Assembly: GCA_965279565.1 (NCBI GenBank)
Contig: OZ257249.1
Coordinates: 791,850-855,849 of the forward strand
DNA: 64,000 nt
Origin: Tagaea sp.
GTDB lineage: Bacteria > Pseudomonadota > Alphaproteobacteria > CACIAM-22H2
Direction: 5' to 3'
A program made the translations under genes and the position numbers. Below are positions 9,605 through 21,060 of this stretch, piece after piece (position 1 is the first letter of the stretch; each line of letters starts with the position of its first letter). The notes below the pieces were generated by a model. That model had not been told where the DNA came from and made no database searches. It saw only the letters and a list, made by a program, of their open reading frames with translations.

Positions 9605-9733
9605 TTAGCGGCCGGCGGCCGCGGCCATCAGCGCCGGGTTGGTGACGACGAACGACTCGTCGATCACGTCATGCGCCATCGCGAGAAGGGCGATGACGGC
9701 GGGGATGGCGGCCAGGGCTGCGAACGCGAGCAT
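9605..9733 (-). CDS. Small hydrophobic hypothetical protein (42 aa)
   Basis: ATG at 9733 with GGAG RBS 6 nt upstream; MLAFAALAAIPAVIALLAMAHD... has one hydrophobic helix. Confidence 0.5.
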   Translation of the reverse strand: MLAFAALAAIPAVIALLAMAHDVIDESFVVTNPALMAAAAGR

Positions 9734-9840
9734 TTTGATCTCCAAGCGGCACCGGTCATGTCCGGTGTCCGATGGGAAGAATATGGACCCCAATCATGGC
9801 GAAATCCTGAAGATCACGCTGCAGCGCACACAGCTGAGAT

Positions 9841-9869
9841 ATGCGTTTAACGCATTAACTTATCGTTAA
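9841..9869. promoter_or_regulatory. CtrA-type box (TTAA-N7-TTAA) with abutting palindrome
   Basis: TTAA(9855-58)-cttatcg-TTAA(9866-69); ATGCGTT-t-AACGCAT at 9841-9855; AT-rich intergenic setting. Confidence 0.65.
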
Positions 9870-10127
9870 TAATTTGAAAATACGCATAACTCCTTGGATG
9901 TGCACGATTTCACGTTTCGGCCATAAAGCGGCCCGAATAAAGCCGTTCCCGTCGCGTTTTATTGGACCATCGGCAAGTCCACTGCGATCGCGCACGCGCT
10001 TTTTGCCGACGATAACCCGGCCGGAGCTCCCCGGACTCCAGCCCCTGCCGGGAACTTGCGCGACGGCGGATACGGGCCCGGATGTACGGTTCGTATCCGC
10101 CACTTTTTTTCCGCTAATCTGCGCCCG

Positions 10128-10760
10128 ATGAACACGGATTTTCCCGCTGGCCTCGACGGGCGAGCCCTCGCCTGCCGGCGTGGCGGCCGCCTGGTCTTCC
10201 GCGACCTCGATCTGCGCGCCGGCCCCGGCGACCTGATCGTGCTGCGCGGCGCCAACGGGACCGGCAAGTCGAGCCTGCTGCGCGTGCTGGCCGGCCTGCT
10301 GGCGCCCGCCGGCGGCACGCTCGCGTGGGACGGCGAGGATGTCGCCGAGGATCCGGCCCGCCACCGGTCGCGCCTGCATTTCGTCGGCCATGCCGACGCG
10401 CTGAAACCCACGCTGACGCTCGGCGAACACATCGTCTTCCATGCCGGCCTGCGCGGCGCACCCGCTTGCGATCCGGCCGCCGCCCTCGACGCGTTCGGTC
10501 TTGCGGCTCTCGCGAAGGTGCCGGCGCGCGTGCTCAGCCAGGGCCAGCGGCGGCGCGCGGCCCTTGCGCGCCTGCTCGCGGCCCCTGCCAAGCTGTGGCT
10601 GCTCGACGAACCGACCAACGGGCTCGACGCGGCCGCGACCGATGGGCTTGCGCGCGCCATCGCGAAGCACCGCGCCGGCGGCGGCACGGTCGTCGCGGCC
10701 ACGCATCTCGACATCGCCGGCGCCGACGCGCGCACGCTCACGCTCGGGGCCGCACGATGA
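10128..10760 (+). CDS. ccmA: Heme ABC exporter ATP-binding protein CcmA
   Basis: GANGTGKS, 'LSQGQRRR', 'WLLDEP'; first gene of the ccm operon. Confidence 0.93.
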   Translation: MNTDFPAGLDGRALACRRGGRLVFRDLDLRAGPGDLIVLRGANGTGKSSLLRVLAGLLAPAGGTLAWDGEDVAEDPARHRSRLHFVGHADALKPTLTLGEHIVFHAGLRGAPACDPAAALDAFGLAALAKVPARVLSQGQRRRAALARLLAAPAKLWLLDEPTNGLDAAATDGLARAIAKHRAGGGTVVAATHLDIAGADARTLTLGAAR

Positions 10761-11422
10761 ACGCCGCCCTCGCCTTGATCGCGCGCGACGTGAAGCTTGC
10801 CCTGCGCACGCCGGCCGAGACGCTGACGATCCTTGCCTTCTTCGTCATCGCCGCCACGCTCTTCGCCTTCGGCATCGGGCCGGAGCCGCAAGTGCTTGCG
10901 CGCGTCGCAGTCGGCATCGTGTGGGTCGTCGCACTTCTCGCGTGCCTCCTGTCGCTCGACCGGCTGTTCCAGGCGGAGGCCGACGACGGTAGCCTCGAAC
11001 TCCTCGTTCTCGCCCCCGCCCCGCTCGAACTGCTCGCACTCGCCAAGTGCGCCGCGCAGTGGCTGACGACCGCATTGCCGCTGATCGTCGTCTCGCCGCT
11101 CGTGGCCATGATGCTGCATCTGCCGGGCGAGGCGTACGGCACGCTGCTTGTGACGCTGCTGCTCGGCACGCCCACGCTTTCGCTGATGGGCGGAATCGGG
11201 GCCGCACTTTCGGTCGGTGCGCGCAAGGGCGGGGCCCTGCTTGCCCTGATCGTGCTGCCGCTCTATGTGCCGGTGCTGATCTTCGCGGTCGCGGCGGTGG
11301 AGGCGGCGGTTGCCGGCCTGCCCGTTCGCCCCCATCTGTTCCTGCTGGCGGGGCTCGGCGTTTTCGCGCTGACGGTAGCCCCGTTCGCGATGGCGGCCTC
11401 GCTGCGCCAGGCCAGCGAATGA
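10757..11422 (+). CDS. ccmB: Heme exporter protein CcmB
   Basis: 'LDRLFQAEADDGSLE', 'LLLGTP', 'LPLYVPVLIF'. Confidence 0.95.
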   Translation: MNAALALIARDVKLALRTPAETLTILAFFVIAATLFAFGIGPEPQVLARVAVGIVWVVALLACLLSLDRLFQAEADDGSLELLVLAPAPLELLALAKCAAQWLTTALPLIVVSPLVAMMLHLPGEAYGTLLVTLLLGTPTLSLMGGIGAALSVGARKGGALLALIVLPLYVPVLIFAVAAVEAAVAGLPVRPHLFLLAGLGVFALTVAPFAMAASLRQASE

Positions 11423-11522
11423 CCCGAAGCTGCGCCGTTATGTCGCCCCGATTGGGTTGGAAAATGCGCCCCGGCGGGCAATACTCCCGCCCGATCGACG
11501 GGGCCCCGGAAGGACTACGTTT

Positions 11523-12260
11523 TTGAACTGGCACCGCTACGCAAGTCCGGCGAATTTCAAGCGCCTGTCCGACCGGCTGCTGCCCTGGGCGGCGGGCGGT
11601 GCCGCACTTTGCCTTGGCGTGGGGCTGTGGAACGCGCTGTTCGTGTCGCCGGCCGATTACCAGCAGGGCGAGACGGTGCGCATCATGTACGTGCACGTCC
11701 CCGCGGCCTGGATGGCGATGTTCGCCTACGCCAATCTGGCGCTGGCGGGTGCCGCCACGCTCGTCTGGCGCCATCCGCTCGCCGACGTTGCCGGACGCGC
11801 GATTGCACCTGTGGGAGCCGCCTTCACGTTCCTGTGCCTCGTCACCGGCTCGCTGTGGGGCAAGCCCATGTGGGGCACTTGGTGGGTGTGGGACGCGCGC
11901 CTCACCTCGGTGCTGATCCTGCTCTTCGTCTATCTCGCCTACATGGCGCTCAACGCCGCGTTCGACGAGCCCGAGCGCGGGGCGCGCGCCTCGGCGGTGC
12001 TCGCCCTCGTGGGTGCGGTCAACCTGCCCATCATCAAGTTCTCGGTCGACTGGTGGAACACGCTACACCAGCCCGCGTCGATCTCGCGGCTCGACGCGCC
12101 CGCGATCCATTCCTCGATGCTGCTGCCGCTGCTCGCGATGGCGGCCGGCTACACGCTGTTCTTCGTCGCGGTGACACTCATGCGCATGCGCGCGGGTCTG
12201 ATCGAACGACGGCTGGAAGTTCTCCAGCAGACGCGCCTCGCCGACGCGGAGCGTGCGTGA
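11523..12260 (+). CDS. ccmC: Heme exporter protein CcmC
   Basis: TTG start with aagga RBS; 'RIMYVHVP', WWD motif 'WGKPMWGTWWVWDARLT', 'WWNTLHQ'. Confidence 0.95.
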   Translation: MNWHRYASPANFKRLSDRLLPWAAGGAALCLGVGLWNALFVSPADYQQGETVRIMYVHVPAAWMAMFAYANLALAGAATLVWRHPLADVAGRAIAPVGAAFTFLCLVTGSLWGKPMWGTWWVWDARLTSVLILLFVYLAYMALNAAFDEPERGARASAVLALVGAVNLPIIKFSVDWWNTLHQPASISRLDAPAIHSSMLLPLLAMAAGYTLFFVAVTLMRMRAGLIERRLEVLQQTRLADAERA

Positions 12261-12412
12261 TGGCGGAGTTCCTCGCCATGGGCGGCTATGCGGCCTTCGT
12301 CTGGCCGGCCTACGCGCTGACGGCCGCTGTCCTCGCGGCGGTCGCGGTGACGAGCTGGCGTGAGCTGCGCGCGCTCGAGCGCGAGCTGGCGGATCTCGAG
12401 GACGGCAAGTGA
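12260..12412 (+). CDS. ccmD: Heme exporter protein CcmD
   Basis: 'MAEFLAMGGYAAFVWPAY'; lies between ccmC and ccmE. Confidence 0.9.
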   Translation: MAEFLAMGGYAAFVWPAYALTAAVLAAVAVTSWRELRALERELADLEDGK

Positions 12413-12879
12413 AACTGCCCAAGGCGCGCGCCGCCAAGCGCCGGCGGCTGATGGTGCTGCTGCTCGCCGGGCTCGGCCTGGGGACGGCGGCGGCGTTGAC
12501 GCTGACCGCGTTCGACGACCATCTCGTGTTCTTCCACACGCCCAGCGACATCGCCGCGAACAAGGTGCCGGTCGAACGGCAGATGCGCATCGGCGGCCTC
12601 GTCGAGGTCGGCTCGGTCCAGCGCGTCGCGGGCTCGGCCGAAGTGCGCTTCAAGGTGACCGATCTCGAACACGCCGTGCCGGTCGCCTATGTCGGCGTGC
12701 TGCCCGACCTGTTCCGCGAGGGACAGGGCGTGGTCGCCAACGGCAAGCTTTCCGCCGACGGCACGTTCCGCGCGGGCGAAGTGCTCGCGCGCCACGACGA
12801 GAACTACATGCCGGCCGAAGTGGCCGAGGCGCTCAAGCGCTCGGGCCGCTGGCAGGAAACGACGGGTAGCGCCAAGTGA
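12409..12879 (+). CDS. ccmE: Heme chaperone CcmE
   Basis: 'LPDLFREGQGVV', heme-binding 'EVLARHDENYMP'. Confidence 0.95.
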   Translation: MKLPKARAAKRRRLMVLLLAGLGLGTAAALTLTAFDDHLVFFHTPSDIAANKVPVERQMRIGGLVEVGSVQRVAGSAEVRFKVTDLEHAVPVAYVGVLPDLFREGQGVVANGKLSADGTFRAGEVLARHDENYMPAEVAEALKRSGRWQETTGSAK

Positions 12880-14909
12880 TCGCGGAGCTGGGCCACTACG
12901 CGCTCGTGCTCGCACTTTGCGTGGCGCTCGTGCAGTCGATCCTGCCGCTCGTCGGCGCGCAGACCGGCGATGCCGCATTGACCGCGATGGCGAAACCTGC
13001 GGCCCTCGTGCAGTTCGCGCTCGTTTCCCTCGCCTTCGGCTGCCTCGTCTACGCCTTCGTCGTGTCGGACTTCACGGTCAAGAACGTCGTGATGAACTCG
13101 CACTCGGCCAAGCCGCTGCTCTACAAGGTCTCGGGTGCGTGGGGGAACCACGAAGGCTCGATGGTGCTGTGGGTGCTGATCCTCGGCCTGTTCGGCGCGA
13201 TGGTCGCGGCCTTCGGACGCAACCTGCCGCCGGCCTTGAAGGCCCGCACGCTCGCCGTGCAGGGCATGATCGGTGTCGCCTTCCTCGCCTTCATCGTGTT
13301 CACGTCGAACCCGTTCGAGCGCGTCGTGCCGCCGCCGCCGGACGGCAACGACCTCAACCCGCTGCTGCAGGACCCCGGCCTCGCCTTCCATCCGCCGTTC
13401 CTCTATTTCGGCTATGTCGGCTTCTCGATCGTCTTCGCCTTCGCGATGGCCGCCCTCATCGAGGGGCGCGTCGACGCCGCGTGGGCGCGCTGGGTGCGGC
13501 CCTGGACGCTCGCCGCGTGGGGTGCCTTGACGCTGGGCATCGCGCTGGGGTCGTGGTGGGCCTATTACGAACTCGGCTGGGGCGGCTGGTGGTACTGGGA
13601 CCCGGTCGAGAACGCGAGCTTCATGCCGTGGCTCGTCGGCTGCGCGCTGCTCCACTCGGCCATCGTCGCGGAAAAGCGCGACGCGCTGAAGACCTGGACG
13701 ATCCTGCTCGCGATTCTCGCTTTTGCACTTTCGCTGGTCGGCACGTTCCTCGTGCGCTCGGGCGTGCTTACTTCGGTGCATGCCTTCGCGGTCGATCCGG
13801 CGCGCGGCGTCTTCATCCTGGCGATCCTCGTGGCCGCCATCGGCGGCTCGCTCGCGATGTACGCGTGGCGCGCACCGATGCTGAAGGGCGGCGGCCTCTT
13901 CCAGCCGATTAGCCGCGAGGGTGCCCTCGTGCTGAACAACGTGCTGCTCGCCACGGCGGCGGCGACGGTGTTCATCGGCACGCTCTATCCGCTGTTCCTG
14001 GAAGCTGTCGGCGGGGCGAAGGTTTCGGTGGGACCGCCCTTCTTCAACGCCACCTTCGTGCCGCTGATGATCCCGCTGCTGCTCGCCGTCGCCATCGGCC
14101 CGATGATGGGCTGGAAGCGCGGCGATCTTGCCGGTGCGATCCAGCGCCTGCGCGCGGCGATCTTCGTGTCGGTCGCCATCGTCGCGGTCGTCTACTGGAC
14201 CGATTCGCGCCGCAGCGTCTACGCGGCACTCGCGATGGGGCTGGCGGCGTGGCTGTTCTTCGGCGCGTTCGTCGAATGGGCCGAACGCGTGCGCCTGTTC
14301 AAGGCGTCCGCCGGCACGGTCTGGTCGCGCGCGCTCAATCTGCCGCGCGCGAGCTGGGGCATGACCATCGCGCATGCCGGCATGGGCCTGACCGTGATGG
14401 GCATCGCCGGCGTGACCGCGTGGCAAACCGAGGTGATCCGCCTGGCGCGCGCGGGCGACGCGTTCGACGTGGCGGGCTACAACTTCGTCTTCAAGGGGGC
14501 CACGCGCGTCGACGGGCCGAACTTCTTCGCCATGCGCGGCACGTTCGAGGTCTATCTCGACGAAAAGCTCTACGCCGTGCTGCAGCCCGAGCGGCGCTAT
14601 TTCCCGGTGGCGGGCACGGCAACGACCGAGACGGCGATCCGCACAAACCTGCTGGCCGATCTCTACGCGACCATCGGCGATCCCGAGGGGGCGAACGCGA
14701 CCGGCAACACGCCGGCCTTCATGGCGCCCGTCGCCGCCGACACCGCATGGACCGTGCGCATCTACCACAACCCGCTGGTCCCGTGGATCTGGCTGGGGGC
14801 CTGCGCGATGGTGCTAGGCGGGATCGTGTCGCTGACCGACCGCCGTCACCGCGTGGGCGCCCCGCGCCGCACGGGCGATACGGCGGCCCTTCCGACGGCC
14901 GCAGAATGA
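12876..14909 (+). CDS. ccmF: Heme lyase CcmF
   Basis: 'WGNHEGS', 'HPPFLY', 'WAYYELGWGGWWYWDPVENAS', 'SVHAFA'. Confidence 0.96.
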   Translation: MIAELGHYALVLALCVALVQSILPLVGAQTGDAALTAMAKPAALVQFALVSLAFGCLVYAFVVSDFTVKNVVMNSHSAKPLLYKVSGAWGNHEGSMVLWVLILGLFGAMVAAFGRNLPPALKARTLAVQGMIGVAFLAFIVFTSNPFERVVPPPPDGNDLNPLLQDPGLAFHPPFLYFGYVGFSIVFAFAMAALIEGRVDAAWARWVRPWTLAAWGALTLGIALGSWWAYYELGWGGWWYWDPVENASFMPWLVGCALLHSAIVAEKRDALKTWTILLAILAFALSLVGTFLVRSGVLTSVHAFAVDPARGVFILAILVAAIGGSLAMYAWRAPMLKGGGLFQPISREGALVLNNVLLATAAATVFIGTLYPLFLEAVGGAKVSVGPPFFNATFVPLMIPLLLAVAIGPMMGWKRGDLAGAIQRLRAAIFVSVAIVAVVYWTDSRRSVYAALAMGLAAWLFFGAFVEWAERVRLFKASAGTVWSRALNLPRASWGMTIAHAGMGLTVMGIAGVTAWQTEVIRLARAGDAFDVAGYNFVFKGATRVDGPNFFAMRGTFEVYLDEKLYAVLQPERRYFPVAGTATTETAIRTNLLADLYATIGDPEGANATGNTPAFMAPVAADTAWTVRIYHNPLVPWIWLGACAMVLGGIVSLTDRRHRVGAPRRTGDTAALPTAAE

Positions 14910-15445
14910 AACGCGCGCTGTTCTTCCTGCCGCTCGCACTGTTCGCGGTGCTGGCTGTCTATCTGGGCTTCGGGCTGACGCGCGATCCACAACACGTGCC
15001 CAGTGCCTTGATCGACCGGCAGGTTCCCGCCTTCGACCTGCCGGCGGTCGCCGGCGTCGAGCGGCCGGGCCTTTCCTCGGCCATGCTCGCGCGCGACGTG
15101 TCGCTCGTGAACGTCTTCGCCTCGTGGTGCCCGCCCTGCCGGATCGAGCATCCGATCCTGATGCGCATGGCGCGCGACGGCGACGTGCCGATCTACGGCA
15201 TCAACTACAAGGACAAGGCGCCGGACGCCGCGCGCTGGCTGGGCGAGCTCGGCAATCCCTATCGCGCGATCGGCTGGGATTTCGAGAACCGCGTCGCGGT
15301 CGACTGGGGCGTGTACGGCGCACCCGAGACCTTCGTCGTCGACCGGCACGGCAAGATCCGCCACCGCCATGTCGGCGCCATCACGCCCGACATCCTCGAC
15401 CGCACGCTGATGCCGCTCGTGAAGCGCCTGCGGAGCGAGCCTTGA
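14906..15445 (+). CDS. ccmG: Thiol:disulfide interchange protein CcmG/DsbE
   Basis: 'NVFASWCPPCRIEHP', 'GVYGAPETF'. Confidence 0.95.
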   Translation: MKRALFFLPLALFAVLAVYLGFGLTRDPQHVPSALIDRQVPAFDLPAVAGVERPGLSSAMLARDVSLVNVFASWCPPCRIEHPILMRMARDGDVPIYGINYKDKAPDAARWLGELGNPYRAIGWDFENRVAVDWGVYGAPETFVVDRHGKIRHRHVGAITPDILDRTLMPLVKRLRSEP

Positions 15446-15909
15446 GATACGTCCTCGCCCTGCTCGCCTGCCTTCTTGCGGGTCCTGCCGCCGCCGTGTT
15501 GCCGCACGAGATGCTTGCCGATCCCGCGCAGGAGGCGCGCGCCCGCGCACTGGGCCAGGAGCTGCGCTGTCTCGTCTGCCAGAACCAGCCGATCGACGAT
15601 TCGAACGCACCGCTGGCCGCCGACCTGCGCCGGCTCGTGCGCGAACGCATCGTTGCGGGTGACAACGACGCGGCCGTACTCGGCTACATCACGCAGCGCT
15701 ACGGCGACTATGTGCTGCTGAAGCCGCCCCTGCGCGTCGATACCTATCTGCTGTGGTACGGGCCGTTCGCGATCCTCGCCTTCGCCGCCGTTGGTGCTGT
15801 CGTCTATCTGCGCCGCCGCCGGCCCGAAGCGCAGATCGCCCCTACCCCGCTGTCGCCGGACGAGGAGAAGCGCCTCGCCGCCCTGCTCGACGACGGGGAG
15901 CGCCGATGA
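15442..15909 (+). CDS. ccmH: Cytochrome c biogenesis protein CcmH (CycL)
   Basis: TTG start overlapping ccmG stop; 'LRCLVCQNQ', 'RYGDYVLLKPP'. Confidence 0.93.
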   Translation: MRYVLALLACLLAGPAAAVLPHEMLADPAQEARARALGQELRCLVCQNQPIDDSNAPLAADLRRLVRERIVAGDNDAAVLGYITQRYGDYVLLKPPLRVDTYLLWYGPFAILAFAAVGAVVYLRRRRPEAQIAPTPLSPDEEKRLAALLDDGERR

Positions 15910-17312
15910 TCCAGCTTCTCCTCGGCGGGCTTACGGCCCTTGTCGTCGCGATCCTCGTGTGGCCGCTGCTGCGCCGCGCGCAGGCAGTCCCGTCGCGCGC
16001 GGCCTTCGACATGGAGATCCACCGCGACCAGCTTGCCGAGATCGCGCGCGATCTCGAACGCGGCACGATCACGCCGGAAGAAGCGCGTGCCGCGCGCGCC
16101 GAGATCGGCCGGCGGATGCTCGCACTTGCCGACGCGGACAAGACGGCACCGGCACCAACCGGCAACAGCCGCGTGCGTTACGTCGCCCTCGCACTCGCCG
16201 TCGCGGTTCCGGTCGTCGCACTCGCGATCTATGGGCAGCAGGGATCGCCGGCATTTCCCGGCATGCCGCTCGCCGAACGCAATGCGGGCGAGCCGGCCGG
16301 CGGCATGCCCGACCGGCAGCTTGCCGCTTTCGCGCGTGCGATGCTCGAACGCGTCGAACGCAATCCGCAGGATCTCGAAGCGTGGGTGCGCCTCGCGCAG
16401 GCTTCTGCGGCGATGAACCTTCCCGAACAGGCGCTCAACGCCTGGCGCAAGGCCGACGCGATTTCCGGCGGCCAGCCCGAGATCGCCGGCCTGCTCGGCG
16501 AGACGGCCGTCGCGGTCGCGAACGGCCAGGTCACGCCGGAAGCCGAAGCCGCCTTCGCGCGCGTGCTGTCGGCCGATCCCGGCGATCCGCGCGCGCGCTA
16601 CTATGCCGGCGTTTCGCGTGCGCAGGCCGGCGACCGGACGGATGCCGTGCGCATCTGGTTCGACCTGATCGCCGCCTCGCCGCCGGATTCGCCGTGGCTG
16701 CCCACCGTGCGCGAGGCGCTGGAACGCACCGCGCGCGAGGCGCGCATCGACACGCGCCAGATGCGCCCGTCGGCGAAGAACCCGCCGGCTGTCGTGCGGC
16801 TCGGCAGTCCGCGCGTGGGCGATTCGCCCGCAGGTGCCGATCCGCTGGCGGCCCTGCCCGAGGCCGACCGCATGGCCGCGATCCGCAGCATGGTCGACGG
16901 GCTTGCCGCACGTCTCGAAACCCAGCCCGACGATCTCGACGGCTGGCGGCGGCTGGCGCGCTCGCGCAAGGTGCTGGGCGAACCGGACAAGGCGCTTGCC
17001 GCCCACGCGCGCGCCGCGGCGATCGCACCGGACAATGTCGAGGTGCTGCAGGACTATGCCGGCGCACTTCTCGAGCTGCACGATTCCGACAAGCCGCTCG
17101 ATCCGGCGGCACGAACCGCCATGGCGAGCCTGCTTGCGAAATCGCCGAACGAGGGCGTGGCGCTGTGGCTGCTCGGCCAGGACGAGGCGATCGCCGGCAA
17201 GGACATGGCCGCGACCGCGCTGTGGCAGCGCCTGCTCGGCCTGCTGCCGGCCGAAAGCCCGGCGCGCGCCGATCTCGCCGCGCGCATCGCGAAGCTGAAG
17301 GCGGGCAACTAG
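15906..17312 (+). CDS. ccmI: Cytochrome c biogenesis TPR protein CcmI (CycH)
   Basis: N-terminal TM plus 'HRDQLAEIARDLERG'; TPR-like repeats; 'IRSMVDGLAARL..PDDLDGW'. Confidence 0.9.
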   Translation: MIQLLLGGLTALVVAILVWPLLRRAQAVPSRAAFDMEIHRDQLAEIARDLERGTITPEEARAARAEIGRRMLALADADKTAPAPTGNSRVRYVALALAVAVPVVALAIYGQQGSPAFPGMPLAERNAGEPAGGMPDRQLAAFARAMLERVERNPQDLEAWVRLAQASAAMNLPEQALNAWRKADAISGGQPEIAGLLGETAVAVANGQVTPEAEAAFARVLSADPGDPRARYYAGVSRAQAGDRTDAVRIWFDLIAASPPDSPWLPTVREALERTAREARIDTRQMRPSAKNPPAVVRLGSPRVGDSPAGADPLAALPEADRMAAIRSMVDGLAARLETQPDDLDGWRRLARSRKVLGEPDKALAAHARAAAIAPDNVEVLQDYAGALLELHDSDKPLDPAARTAMASLLAKSPNEGVALWLLGQDEAIAGKDMAATALWQRLLGLLPAESPARADLAARIAKLKAGN

Positions 17313-17767
17313 CCGCGCTTGTCGATCCGGTAGGCCGCCGCGAGGATGAAGGCGACGTCGCCCTTGGCACCGGCGAGTGGCAGCGACAGGCGTTCCCAGG
17401 TCTGCGGCTCTTCGCCGGGGCCGAACCAGCCGGCATAGACGCGCCAGTACGGGCGCTGGGTGCGGCGCACGAGCCGGTATTCGGCCGTCAGCAGGCTCGC
17501 CTGTTCGCTCGGCAGGTCTTCGACCGCCGTGCCCGTGAGGTCGACGCCGAAGGCCTTGCGGAAGGTCGTGCCGTAGAAGCCGTAGCGGAATCGCGCCTGC
17601 GCCTTCACCTCGATCACGACGAGATTGGAAGCCCACTCGGAAAGGCCTTCGACAGGAAATCCCTTGGTGCGCGGCGGCCCGCCGGACGCCGGCGTCTGGT
17701 CGAGCCAGAAGCGATAGAGCCGCCGCAGGACGTCGCTGTCGATGGTGCGCAGGAGTTCTTCGCTCAT
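17309..17767 (-). CDS. Stand-alone PAS-domain protein (PAS_5/COG5388-like)
   Basis: 'LYRFW', 'FRYGFYGT..GVDLTG', 'WERLSLPL'. Confidence 0.7.
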   Translation of the reverse strand: MSEELLRTIDSDVLRRLYRFWLDQTPASGGPPRTKGFPVEGLSEWASNLVVIEVKAQARFRYGFYGTTFRKAFGVDLTGTAVEDLPSEQASLLTAEYRLVRRTQRPYWRVYAGWFGPGEEPQTWERLSLPLAGAKGDVAFILAAAYRIDKRG

Positions 17768-17834
17768 CGACTGCCTTGCGGAACGGCGTGCCGCAAAAGC
17801 GGCGAAGACTGTCGGATTTACGACGGGGGCGGGA

Positions 17835-17910
17835 TGGTGGAGCCGATCGGGATCGAACCGACGACCTCCTCATTGCGAACGAGGCGCTCTCCCAGCTGAG
17901 CTACGGCCCC
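17835..17910 (-). tRNA. tRNA-Ala (anticodon CGC)
   Basis: Reverse complement GGGGCCGTAGCTCAGCTGGGAGAGCG-CCTCG-TT-CGC-AA-TGAGG-AGGTCGTCGGTTCGATCCCGATCGGCTCCACCA; 76 nt, G3:U70 pair, encoded CCA. Confidence 0.97.
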
Positions 17911-18047
17911 ACACGCCCGTCGAAAGGCGCGCGATAATGCTTTCGGCGTCCCGCCCTGTCAAGCGACGGATTCGCCAGACCTTGCAGGGGCTTGTGCGCA
18001 TCGTGTACGGTTGCCCGCTTGTCGGCATCAGGGAGCATTCGGCCACC

Positions 18048-18326
18048 ATGAACGCGCTGGGATCTCTGCTCGTTTCCGTCATCCAGATCTATATCTGGCT
18101 GCTCGTCGGCTCGGCGCTGCTGTCGTGGCTGCTGGCCTTCAACGTGCTCAATTCGCGCAACCAGGTCGTCTACACGATCGCGGATTTCCTCTACCGCGTG
18201 ACCGAGCCGGCCCTGCGGCCGATCCGGCGTTTCGTGCCGAATCTCGGCGGCATCGACGTGTCGCCGGTCGTGCTGATCCTGCTGCTGATCTTCGCGCAGA
18301 ACCTCATCTACGAGTACTGGCTCTAG
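18048..18326 (+). CDS. yggT: YggT family membrane protein
   Basis: 'LSWL.AFNVLN', '[22 protein letters not shown]'. Confidence 0.92.
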   Translation: MNALGSLLVSVIQIYIWLLVGSALLSWLLAFNVLNSRNQVVYTIADFLYRVTEPALRPIRRFVPNLGGIDVSPVVLILLLIFAQNLIYEYWL

Positions 18327-18331
18327 CCGCC

Positions 18332-18643
18332 ATGGCGACGGTCGAGACCACGCCGCTGATGGCCGTCGCGGACGGCGTGTTCCTGTCGGTGCGCGTCACG
18401 CCGCGCTCGCGTCGCCCCGGTATAGGCGCCGTCATCGAGGACGGCACGCTCGCCGTCGCGGTCACGGCGGCACCCGAGAACGGCCGCGCGACCGACGCGA
18501 CGATCGAGATGCTCGCCGAACATTTCGGACTGCCCAAGCGAGCCTTCGTGCTGACGCAGGGGGCGAGCGCGCGCCACAAGCGCTTCAAGATCGAAGGCAA
18601 GCCCGCGGCCCTCTATGCGGCGATGAAGGCGAAGCTGCCGTGA
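18332..18643 (+). CDS. yggU: DUF167/YggU family protein
   Basis: 'VRVTPRS', '[11 protein letters not shown]', 'GASARHK'; yggT-yggU-folD synteny. Confidence 0.85.
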   Translation: MATVETTPLMAVADGVFLSVRVTPRSRRPGIGAVIEDGTLAVAVTAAPENGRATDATIEMLAEHFGLPKRAFVLTQGASARHKRFKIEGKPAALYAAMKAKLP

Positions 18644-19515
18644 CCGCCAAGCGCATCGACGGCAAGGCGACCGCGGCGGACCTGCGCGCGGCGGTGGCCC
18701 TCGAGGTCGACGAGCTGGAAGAGAAGCACCGCTTCACGCCCGGTCTCGCCGTCGTGCTGGTCGGTGCCGATCCGGCGAGCCAGGTCTATGTCGGCGCCAA
18801 GCACAAGGCGACGCTCGAAGTCGGCATGAAGAGCTTCGAGCACAGGCTGCCGGCCGACACGAGCGAGGCCGCCCTCCTCGAACTCGTCCAGCAGCTCAAC
18901 CGGCGCGACGACGTGGACGGCATCCTCGTCCAGCTTCCGCTGCCCAGGCATATCGACCCGACCAAGGTGCTCGACGCGATCGATCCGAAGAAGGATGTCG
19001 ACGGCTTCCACGCCGTCAATGCCGGGATGCTGGCGACGGGGCGCGCGGCCCTCGTGCCCTGCACGCCGGCCGGCTCGATGCGGCTGATCCGCCAGACCGT
19101 GCCGAACATCGCCGGGCTGCATGCCGTGATCGTCGGCCGCTCGAACATCGTCGGCAAGCCGATGGCGCAGCTGCTGCTGGCGGCCGACTGTACGGTGACC
19201 GTGGCGCATTCCAAGACGCGCGACCTGCCCGCCATCGTGCGCCAGGCCGACATCGTCGTCGCGGCCGTCGGCCGGCCCGAGATGATCCGCGGCTCGTGGA
19301 TCAAGCCGGGCGCCATCGTCGTCGACGTGGGCATCAACCGCCTGCCGGCGGGCGACGGCGGCAAGGGAAAGCTGGTCGGCGACGTCGCGTTCGCGGAAGC
19401 CGAGCAGGTCGCCGGCGCCATCACGCCGGTACCCGGCGGCGTGGGGCCGATGACCATCGCCTGCCTGCTTGCCAACACGATCCAGGCCGCCAAGGCGCGA
19501 CGGAATATCGCCTAG
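18640..19515 (+). CDS. folD: Methylenetetrahydrofolate dehydrogenase/cyclohydrolase
   Basis: 'GILVQLPLP', 'KDVDGFH', 'PCTP', 'GRSNIVGKP', '[11 protein letters not shown]'. Confidence 0.97.
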   Translation: MTAKRIDGKATAADLRAAVALEVDELEEKHRFTPGLAVVLVGADPASQVYVGAKHKATLEVGMKSFEHRLPADTSEAALLELVQQLNRRDDVDGILVQLPLPRHIDPTKVLDAIDPKKDVDGFHAVNAGMLATGRAALVPCTPAGSMRLIRQTVPNIAGLHAVIVGRSNIVGKPMAQLLLAADCTVTVAHSKTRDLPAIVRQADIVVAAVGRPEMIRGSWIKPGAIVVDVGINRLPAGDGGKGKLVGDVAFAEAEQVAGAITPVPGGVGPMTIACLLANTIQAAKARRNIA

Positions 19516-19768
19516 GCTTTCGCGCGCAGGCGGATCACGCCGCGCACGTCTTCGGGATCGGCGACGGGCTTGCCCTTGCGCAGGACCTCGACGCGGCCTT
19601 CCAGCATCAGCGCCACGGCGCGTTCGCGGATCTTCGGCAGCAGGGCCTGCCACTTGCCGTGCGCCAGCAGGGCGATCGCCACTTCCGACGGGCTGATCGA
19701 ACTGCGCGCACCGGCCGCCGCCGTCAGTTCGAGAAGCGTGCGGTCGATGTCGTCGGGCGAAGGGCCGC

Positions 19769-19772
<4 letters not shown>
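19512..19772 (-). CDS. DUF3253 family protein
   Basis: GTG overlapping argG stop; 'SISPSEVA', 'W..L', 'RKGKPV.DP..RGVIRL'. Confidence 0.8.
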
Positions 19773-20983
<1,211 letters not shown>

Positions 20984-21060
20984 GGAACGGGATCTCGGAT
21001 GAAGGACGGGAAGGGCGAAAGCGGCGGGAGTATAGGGAGGATGCGCCCCGGGGCAAGGCC

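Noticed and set aside
17835-17910. tRNA-Ala as an integration site for an island
   Set aside because: No integrase and no duplicated tRNA 3' end seen; flanks are housekeeping genes.
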